Source: Candidatus Helarchaeota ASGARD archaeon Hel_GB_B (GTDB lineage: Archaea; Asgardarchaeota; Lokiarchaeia; Helarchaeales; HEL-GB-B). From it: a stretch of 7,564 nt of DNA. The translations under genes were made by a program, and so were the position numbers. Positions 1 to 6,743 of this stretch are shown in pieces. Below the pieces are notes generated by a model. It was not told where the DNA came from, ran no database searches, and saw nothing but the letters and a program-made list of their open reading frames with translations. Location of the stretch: positions 1 to 7,564 of the forward strand of contig SUPR01000133.1 in the NCBI GenBank assembly GCA_005191425.1, given 5' to 3'. Numbering within the stretch: the stretch's first letter is position 1; every line of letters begins with the position of its first letter.

Positions 1-167
1 TTTTTAGGGAAAATTCATTTCCAATAGAAATCTTTTTTTATCACAAATTTAAATTTTTGAAAAAAAAAGAATATAAATAAATTTAAGTTAATTATGAAAA
101 AATTGAACTTTAGAAATGATGAACAAATATGGTTTAAAATTTAAATTGATAGAAATAATGTTAGAAG

Positions 168-824
168 GTGCTAAATATTTATATTTCTATTCTATGGTTG
201 CTCCGGTTTCTATTTATTGCAGGACTTTTTTCTTTAGTGATTATTTCTGGATATTTATTAAAAAATAGGGCTAAATATAAGGAATTATTAGAACATAGAA
301 TTTTAAACTTAATATTTGTAATCCTATACAATTTATTTTGTTATGTCCCAGTTGGTTTACCTTCTGATTATTTAATAATACCAAGACAGGTGATCTTTGA
401 AGGAATTTTAGTCGAAATTGGGCTGCAAATAATCGGTTGTATTTTGTTTATTGTGGCGTGTTATTTAATTATAAAATCTTTAATAAGAAGAAAATCAATT
501 GGTGCGGAAGAACCAGAAGAAGGATTGATTACAAGTGGGCTATACAAATATTTTAGGCACCCTATTTATACTGGTATAATATTAATTTCTATTTTTTTCG
601 TTTTAAGCGCCCGAAATTTTGATGGACTTCTTGTTTTTCCGTTAATATTTTTAGCAAATTTCTTACAAGCAAAATTTGAGGAGATTTATGATATCGGATT
701 AAAATTCCCAGACAAATATAAAGAGTATCAAACGAAAACAAGAATGTTTGGTCCTATATGGATGTGGGCGGTCATATTAATTTGTATTATTGTAATATAT
801 ACCCTAAATATTTGTTTGTATTAA
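168..824 (+). CDS. Isoprenylcysteine carboxyl methyltransferase (ICMT/PEMT) family integral membrane methyltransferase
   Basis: 218-aa ORF with several hydrophobic helices and the family signature LITSGLYKYFRHPIYTG (L.T.G.Y...RHP.Y.G), followed by the EE-containing segment QAKFEE..L..KFPDKYKEYQTKTRMF; GTG start. Confidence 0.85.
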   Translation: MLNIYISILWLLRFLFIAGLFSLVIISGYLLKNRAKYKELLEHRILNLIFVILYNLFCYVPVGLPSDYLIIPRQVIFEGILVEIGLQIIGCILFIVACYLIIKSLIRRKSIGAEEPEEGLITSGLYKYFRHPIYTGIILISIFFVLSARNFDGLLVFPLIFLANFLQAKFEEIYDIGLKFPDKYKEYQTKTRMFGPIWMWAVILICIIVIYTLNICLY

Positions 825-862
825 AGATTGTAAATATATTGTAAAAAAATATGATATCAAAA

Positions 863-1645
863 TTAATGAAATATCATCCCACCAGAGATGGTTAGCGACT
901 GCCCTGTCATATAATTAGAATCATCAGAAGCTAAAAAGAATGCCACATTTGCGACATCATCTGGAGAACCCCATCTTTTTAATTTAATATTAAATCCATA
1001 TTCATCAAGTGCTACCTGCATTAACTCTTCGTTCATTTTATAAATATTGGTCTTAATCATCCCGGGACAGATGGCATTGACCGTTATATTTGGTGCTAAT
1101 TCAATTGCTAAACATTGTGTCAGTCCAACGATCCCGAATTTGCTAATTGAATAAGCTCCTATTAATTTATGCCCAACTTTACCTGCAATTGAAGCTATAT
1201 TGATAATTTTACCACGTAATGGTTTCAGTTCCTTTTGACGTCTCATCTTTTGAGCAAAATATTTACACATCATCCATGTACCCTTTAAATTAGTATTAAT
1301 AACTGTATCCCAATCTTTACTTGAAACTTTAATTAATGCCCCTTCAGGCCCTGAAATTCCCGCATTATTCACAAGGATATTTAAGTGTTCATAGCTCTTA
1401 TAAGTCAAATCTACCAAATCTTTGATCTGACCTTCATTACTAATATCTGTGGTGCTTGTAATTACTGAGATATCCGGGTACTTTTTAATGATCATACTTT
1501 TCGTCTCTTCAATAGTATCTGAATTGATATCACAAATAACAAGTGACGCACCTTCAGATGCAAATCTGAGACTAATTGCCCTACCAATCCCACTACCCGC
1601 CCCAGTAACTAAAGCAATCCTTCCTTTTAATCTCTTTCCTTCCAA
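863..1645 (-). CDS. Classical short-chain dehydrogenase/reductase (FabG-like NAD(P)-dependent oxidoreductase)
   Basis: Rossmann motif TGAGSGIG, NNAG, catalytic Ser (IAS) and YSISK (YxxxK), VNAICPG, and C-terminal DDVANVAFFLASDDSNYMTGQ. The track starts at 1657, but TTG at 1645-1643 lies 5 nt after GGTGA (1655-1651, minus strand) and is the more likely start. Acidic residue after beta-2 (ICDIN) suggests NAD preference. Confidence 0.93.
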   Translation of the reverse strand: MEGKRLKGRIALVTGAGSGIGRAISLRFASEGASLVICDINSDTIEETKSMIIKKYPDISVITSTTDISNEGQIKDLVDLTYKSYEHLNILVNNAGISGPEGALIKVSSKDWDTVINTNLKGTWMMCKYFAQKMRRQKELKPLRGKIINIASIAGKVGHKLIGAYSISKFGIVGLTQCLAIELAPNITVNAICPGMIKTNIYKMNEELMQVALDEYGFNIKLKRWGSPDDVANVAFFLASDDSNYMTGQSLTISGGMIFH

Positions 1646-2138
1646 AAAAATCACCAATTTTATTTTTGAAAAAGTTTATCATTTAATATATCAATTTAAT
1701 CGGTTCTTCTTAATATTTTTTATTATTGAACTTTTGGACTGAAATAATTTTTCAATGGCTAATTAACTTAGTCTAATATTACTGGATAATTTAAATTCAA
1801 TATTATTAAATGATGGCTATAAAATATACTTAGAGAAAAGACAATATAATGCATTAAAGATAATTATGGACTGTGTATATAAATATAAGGATAAAAATCT
1901 GACAAAATATTGTCTAATATTTTTAAATAAAACAGATGTGATATGTAATAAATATATGGACACAATTTTTCTCAAAACTTTATTTAAATGATTATATGAT
2001 TTAAGTCATATTTTTTCAAAAATTAAAAAAATATACTGTAAAGTTAAGTTAAGTAAAAAATTAAAAAGCAATTAAAATATACGGAAAAAGATTGTATATG
2101 TAACAAATAATATTTCATAAAAAACTGGAGTTAATTCC

Positions 2139-2690
2139 TTGGTTTATAAATTTGATTATTTAGGAGATTTATGTAGGAGCTTTTGTAAAATTATTCAAAA
2201 ATATACGAAATATATTGTCGTTTCGGGATTTTTAGTTATCATGAGTGGTAGGAGTAGGGCCACGGAAGATATCGATATAATTATTAAGCCAATTGATTTA
2301 AATACTTTTATAAAATTACACAAAGAACTTGTGCAAAACCAATTTCAGTGTCTCCAATCTTCAGATCCCATTGAAATTTTCAGTCGTTATTTAAAGGAAA
2401 ATTTACCGGTACGATATATTAAAAATGGAAATTTCATTCCAAATATTGAATTAAAATTCGCAAAGGATAAATTAGATGAATATCAAATATTAACTAGAAA
2501 AAAAATCCCTTTTACCGAGATTGATATATTTTTTAGTAGTATTGAGGCAAATATAGCATTTAAAGAAGAATTATTAAAATCACCAAAAGACCTTGACGAT
2601 GCGAAGCACTTAAGAATTGTATATTCAGATGATTTAGACGAAAAAGAAATTGAAAAAATTAAAAAAATGATCCATAAATTTAGATTGTGA
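2139..2690 (+). CDS. Nucleotidyltransferase of the DUF6036/AbiEii/MenT-like superfamily (putative toxin)
   Basis: N-terminal motif VVSGFLVIMSGRSRATEDIDIII (G[GS]...R.T.D.D) and C-terminal FKEELLKSPKDLDDAKHL (K...KD..D...L). GGAG at 2127-2130 lies 8 nt before the TTG start. Confidence 0.75.
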   Translation: MVYKFDYLGDLCRSFCKIIQKYTKYIVVSGFLVIMSGRSRATEDIDIIIKPIDLNTFIKLHKELVQNQFQCLQSSDPIEIFSRYLKENLPVRYIKNGNFIPNIELKFAKDKLDEYQILTRKKIPFTEIDIFFSSIEANIAFKEELLKSPKDLDDAKHLRIVYSDDLDEKEIEKIKKMIHKFRL

Positions 2691-2694
2691 TGAA

Positions 2695-2907
2695 ATGAAA
2701 AAAGAAATGGATTTCGTCCAATTTTGGGCTGAAAAATTCAAACAAAACCCTGAAAAAAGTCGAAAACTCTTAAACTCGTTTATAAACAATCAAATTTTAA
2801 GGGCTCAGGCTCAATTAAAAAAATTACCCCCAAATAAACTCATTGAAATTTTTAAAATTACTAACGAAAAAATAATCGAATCGCTTTTTGCAGAAAGTCA
2901 AGAATGA
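2695..2907 (+). CDS. Small alpha-helical hypothetical protein coupled to the NTase (putative antitoxin or partner)
   Basis: 70-aa ORF; ATG 4 nt after the NTase stop (TGATGAAATG); amphipathic helical sequence FVQFWAEKFKQNP...FINNQI. Confidence 0.7.
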   Translation: MKKEMDFVQFWAEKFKQNPEKSRKLLNSFINNQILRAQAQLKKLPPNKLIEIFKITNEKIIESLFAESQE

Positions 2908-3112
2908 TCTTATTAATTAGTTTGAAGTCTCTATTACAACCCTCTATGTATGGGCTTATTTTTTAAACTCTTAATTAATATAAAATAATAATATACTATT
3001 TAAAGAAATATTACGAAGTTAAAAAATCTATAAAGTGATTTTTTATGAAGATATAATATCGGAAAATCAAAGTCTTATAATTTATATATTTCATTTTAAA
3101 ATTAAATAAATA

Positions 3113-3460
3113 TTTTTAAGATGACTTGATAAATCTAAAAGAAAATATCAATCTGAGAGAAAAATTTAAAAGAAAAAAATATTTGAATGCTCTTATCTTT
3201 TAAATTATCAATTTGAAGAATAAATTTTAAAGGTAATCCTTCATATCGCTGGATATAGATCTTATAGATGCTTATTATTGGGGTCATTGAACGAAATTCA
3301 GAAAAAATTATCGATAAATGTTGAAAAAGTTTATGGTACTTATTAGAAATTAGATAAGCATCATATTGCCGCGAAATATCCTGACTTATCTGCTGAATGA
3401 ATTCCTAGTAATTATTATAATTAAAAGAATACGATGAAATTTCTCGAAAATGATACATAA
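3113..3460 (+). pseudogene. HEPN domain protein pseudogene (PF05168-type, partner class of MNT)
   Basis: Manual translation of one frame from 3122: *LDKSKRKYQSERKI*KKKIFECSYLLNYQFEE*ILKVILHIAGYRSYRCLLLGSLNEIQKKLSINVEKVYGTY*KLDKHHIAAKYPDLSAE*IPSNYYN*KNTMKFLENDT*. This is colinear with the archaeal HEPN pattern W...A..D...A......Y..ACF..QQA.EK.LKA.L / LDKHYI..RYPD...G.P...Y. Stops at 3122, 3167, 3221, 3344, 3398, 3422 and 3458. Start codon not identifiable. Confidence 0.7.
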
Positions 3461-3525
3461 TTTTAAGAAAAATATTTAAATTATAATCTGAAAAATTCCA
3501 ATGTTCATTTAGACATTTTCCAAAA

Positions 3526-4890
3526 ATGGTGAGTGAATTAAAGATGGCTAAAAGATTTTTAATTTTTGGATTAATATTTGTTTTTGTTCTCCCATTGATG
3601 TTACCTAAAAATAATCTGATATTTGCCGTCAATCAATCAATTAATATTGCTGATTCTAGCAATTCTAACAATACTTTCAGGATTACGCAACCAATAGATA
3701 TTTCATCGATAAGTTTATTCGATGATGTAATGCCCAGTATTGCACTAGACCATAATGGTAATGTTCACATTACATTTTATGACAAAGATAACTACATTAT
3801 TTATTATGCTAATTCGATAACAAATTACTCATTAATGTCAATTGCATCCGGTGCCGGATTTGAATACGAAAAACCTAAGATTTTTATTGATTCTCATGAT
3901 GTTGTTCATATTATTTATGCTATTTGTGTAGGAGTTGGCCGGACACTATGGTACATAAATAATTCAGGTGGCAACTTCGTAAAACATATTAACATAACTC
4001 AAATAAATGGAATTAAAGCAGATTACGGCAATTTCGATGCAGTTATTGACCCCAATGACTATATTCACATAGTAGTAGACGATTCTAGCATTACTGGAAC
4101 TGACGAAATATTTTATTTTAATATCCATAACGGACATATTAGTCCTTATGAAAATGTCTCTATCCATAGCTCAAAATACAATGAATGCCCAAGAATTGAT
4201 TATAATAATGGTATTATCTTCACTACCTGGCTATGGTACGCTGGAGTAGCTGGCGCTGAAATTATGGTAAGTTATAAACTACCTGGTTTAAGCTGGAGCA
4301 CTCCTTATAATATAACCAGAACCCCGGGAATGTCTTACCTTGAAATGATGCCTGAAGTCGCCTTGGACTACTCCGGAAATTATCACATATTTTATATTAA
4401 TATGTCTATACCTAGCCACCTAACTTATTTCACAGATATTAACGGAACTCCTACCTGTGAAGACTTTACCTTTACTTGGCAGACTAGTCCTTACGCTAGA
4501 ATTTATGCTGATACCGATTCAAATTCAATAATACATGGATTTTGGTACGATTCTCTCCATGACTCCGATAATGAAATTTATTATATCACTAATATCAACG
4601 GCTCCTTTAATTATTTTAATATAACAAAAAATAATGTTTATGACTCGATGCCACAATTCGTTATAGGCCCCGATAATAACATCTACTTAACTTATGAATC
4701 TAACATAACTGGAAACCTCGACATCTATTTTCTAAAAATTATATATAATGAATCGAAAACTCAAGCCCACCTATCATCTACTCCGACAATACCTGGCTTT
4801 AATGTATATTTAAGCATTTTTTCATTGACTCTAATTGCCCTGTTCTACTTAATTAACAAATTTAAACCTAAATACTTGAAAATTCAATAA
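3526..4890 (+). CDS. Secreted cell-surface beta-propeller glycoprotein with PGF/Loki-CTERM-type C-terminal sorting signal
   Basis: Signal-peptide-like N-terminus (MAKRFLIFGLIFVFVLPLML..; ATG 3544 is an alternative start); seven roughly 55-aa repeats (PSIALDHNGNVHI, PKIFIDSHDVVHI, DAVIDPNDYIHI, PRIDYNNGIIF, PEVALDYSGNYHI, YADTDSNSIIHG, PQFVIGPDNNIYL); 13 N-x-S/T sequons; C-terminus STPT-IPGF + hydrophobic helix + basic tail (NKFKPKYLK). Confidence 0.85.
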   Translation: MVSELKMAKRFLIFGLIFVFVLPLMLPKNNLIFAVNQSINIADSSNSNNTFRITQPIDISSISLFDDVMPSIALDHNGNVHITFYDKDNYIIYYANSITNYSLMSIASGAGFEYEKPKIFIDSHDVVHIIYAICVGVGRTLWYINNSGGNFVKHINITQINGIKADYGNFDAVIDPNDYIHIVVDDSSITGTDEIFYFNIHNGHISPYENVSIHSSKYNECPRIDYNNGIIFTTWLWYAGVAGAEIMVSYKLPGLSWSTPYNITRTPGMSYLEMMPEVALDYSGNYHIFYINMSIPSHLTYFTDINGTPTCEDFTFTWQTSPYARIYADTDSNSIIHGFWYDSLHDSDNEIYYITNINGSFNYFNITKNNVYDSMPQFVIGPDNNIYLTYESNITGNLDIYFLKIIYNESKTQAHLSSTPTIPGFNVYLSIFSLTLIALFYLINKFKPKYLKIQ

Positions 4891-4904
4891 TTTTATTTTT
4901 TTTT
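4891..4904 (+). terminator. Archaeal-type oligo(T) terminator
   Basis: TTTTATTTTTTTTT immediately after the TAA stop of the surface protein gene. Confidence 0.5.
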
Positions 4905-5361
4905 ATCTAATACCTTGATTTTTTTGCATTTCCACGCCCACTTATTTATCCGCCAAATTTTACTAATCTCTTTTCAAATAACTTATATAAAAATAAATTA
5001 ATTACATTGACTATCTTAAACTTAAATACCATTTTAATTATCATCTCAAAAATTAACCCCCTATTTACCTATCTCCTCTTCTTACTCAAAATTGCTACTA
5101 TTTTTTCTTGAAAATAATTCTGAAATTTGACTTTAATTATTTTTTTCTATCGAAATTTTTCTCAAATTCGAAATTACTCATCTCTTCTTAAAATTTATTT
5201 ATCCATCAATAAATTCGGTCTTCCCTGCCCCTCTTTATTTTATATATCCTCTGCTTTTATCATAAAAATTAAAATTCCACAAGCAATAATAACCTGTGAA
5301 TATTTTTAAAAAATTAAACATAGATCCCTCATCTTTATTACGCTCTTTACCCATGATTTTA

Positions 5362-5389
5362 TACTTTACCTCTCTACTTTACCTCTCTA
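5362..5389. repeat. 13-bp perfect tandem duplication (TACTTTACCTCTC x2)
   Basis: Copies at 5362-5374 and 5375-5387, followed by TA. Confidence 0.9.
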
Positions 5390-5519
5390 TAAAACTACCT
5401 ATTAAAAAATTCTCAAATTTATTGTTAAAAAAAATTTATAAAAACTTAACCTATATATTATTAAATGACTTATTTAAAATTATACATATTTATTCTTACT
5501 ATTTCCCCCATCTTATAAG

Positions 5520-6419
5520 GTGTTAATCTTGGTTTCTAATAACAAAAATAATGTCCAATTTGTTAATTCCAAATTTATTTCATTTGGAACTCTTTACATG
5601 TGGATTGGAATTCTTTATATTTTTCAAATCTTTTCGTCTTTTCTAGACATCTTTTTTCACTATTTTACACCAATTTTTTCTTTAATCAATCATTTATTAG
5701 CTTTAACTAATTTCATTTTATTATTAATCGCACTGGCTGATATCAATTCCGCCAATAAAATCCTAAATGAATTGAAACTGTCCGCATTCTATTCAAAAAT
5801 CATTTCCGCAATCATTATCTCCATTATCGGAAATGTCATTATCTTGGTCTCTCAATTGGTCAACCCAATGGCTTTTAGCTACTTAATTGACTATTTAACT
5901 AGACATATCCCCTCCCTCCCTCCTAGGACCATCCTCGTTGTTATTTTTTGGTCCTCGGGTATATTATTGGTCTGGATTAGTTATATTTTAACTTATATCG
6001 GATATAAATCCCTTGAAATTTTCTTCTCAAACCACCTTAATGATTTTCCCCAAAAAATCGCCCTTGACGCAGCTTCAGGCGCAAGAAATCTTAAACGAGG
6101 CGCTCTAATGTGGATATTGGAAATCTTCATCATAACTATTATTGTTGGCGTTATTTTTAATATCATTGGTTATTTTGAAACAGCAGCATTGCAAAAATTA
6201 GCTGTAACACCTATTAATGAATCATTGATAGACCATAAAGAAGAAGATAAACTCATAAATGTAGACCATATTGGACCTCAACCAACTTCTCCAGATAAGA
6301 TGACAGAATCTGGACCACTTCCTATAAAAGATACGCCCCCAAAATTCTGTGTAATGTGCGGAACAAAACTAGACCCAGACGATAAATTCTGTCCTAACTG
6401 CGGGACACCCACTGATTAA
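5520..6419 (+). CDS. Multi-pass membrane protein (DUF973/DUF996-like) with C-terminal zinc ribbon
   Basis: About 5-6 hydrophobic helices, a Pro-rich acidic linker (GPQPTSPDKMTESGPLPIKDTPP) and CVMCG-x9-FCPNCG zinc ribbon. TTG at 5529, 6 nt after GGTG (5519-5522), is a plausible true start. The DUF assignment is tentative. Confidence 0.8.
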   Translation: MLILVSNNKNNVQFVNSKFISFGTLYMWIGILYIFQIFSSFLDIFFHYFTPIFSLINHLLALTNFILLLIALADINSANKILNELKLSAFYSKIISAIIISIIGNVIILVSQLVNPMAFSYLIDYLTRHIPSLPPRTILVVIFWSSGILLVWISYILTYIGYKSLEIFFSNHLNDFPQKIALDAASGARNLKRGALMWILEIFIITIIVGVIFNIIGYFETAALQKLAVTPINESLIDHKEEDKLINVDHIGPQPTSPDKMTESGPLPIKDTPPKFCVMCGTKLDPDDKFCPNCGTPTD

Positions 6420-6482
6420 TTTTTGAAATAATAAAATTGCGATTCTATTAATTTATTGTTGGTAAGATAAGAAAATAAAAAT

Positions 6483-6714
6483 TTATTGAGTTTTCATCTC
6501 AGCTTCATTGAAAACAAACCTTGTTAACTTAGTTTGATAATAAGTAGCCCCTCTTATCAAATTTTTCCAACCATTTTCTAATTTCAAATCAATTCCACAA
6601 GCTTCAGCTGGTGTTTTGCCTTTTAAGATTAAATGAGATCTCAAGAAATTGTAATAGACAAGCCAACCATCTAGCCATATCTTAGCTGTTTTCTCACTTT
6701 TTGAATCTCTTAGA
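6483..6714 (-). mobile_element. C-terminal remnant of an IS6-family-like DDE transposase/integrase
   Basis: LRDSKSEKTAKIWLDGWLVYYNFLRSHLILKGKTPAEACGIDLKLENGWKNLI matches the archaeal IS6-like tail RGFKS..A...L.G...YYNF.RPH..L.GKTPAE..GI.L....W..LI. The catalytic DDE core is absent and no terminal inverted repeats were found. Confidence 0.75.
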
Positions 6715-6743
6715 GAATACACCACCACGCATGTGGGGACAAT
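6715..6743 (-). repeat. Solitary, slightly degenerate type I-E CRISPR-repeat-like unit (not an array)
   Basis: Minus strand reads ATTGTCCCCACATGCGTGGTGGTGTATTC (29 nt) = N5-CCCCAC-4-nt loop-GTGG(T)G-GTG-N5, the layout of I-E repeats such as N5-CCCCAC-N4-GTGGGG-GTG-N5. It is a GC-rich island in AT-rich DNA, and I found no second copy in the window. Confidence 0.55.

Noticed and set aside
1449-1742. 97-aa + strand ORF
   Set aside because: Antisense shadow of the well-supported SDR gene; no motifs.
2041-2054. AAGTT x ~3 microrepeat upstream of the NTase
   Set aside because: Too short and AT-rich to distinguish from background.
3113-3460. Stop-codon reassignment as the explanation for in-frame stops in HEPN and TylF
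   Set aside because: All three stop types occur, at positions expected to encode different residues; intact genes here end in TAA and TGA; and TylF also has frameshifts. Ordinary decay fits better.
3405-3632. 75-aa minus strand ORF
   Set aside because: Antisense to the surface protein start and the HEPN relic; no recognisable features.
3964-4167. 67-aa minus strand ORF
   Set aside because: Lies entirely antisense within the propeller gene.
5127-5526. 60-aa and 76-aa + strand ORFs
   Set aside because: Low-complexity L/I/F/K/S translations of a skewed AT-rich tract; no convincing SD motif or domain.
6420-6482. IS terminal inverted repeat or target-site duplication after the transposase remnant
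   Set aside because: No recognisable IS6-type end and no partner repeat in the window.
6715-6743. Calling a CRISPR array
   Set aside because: Only one repeat-like unit, with no second copy at spacer distance and no cas genes in the window.
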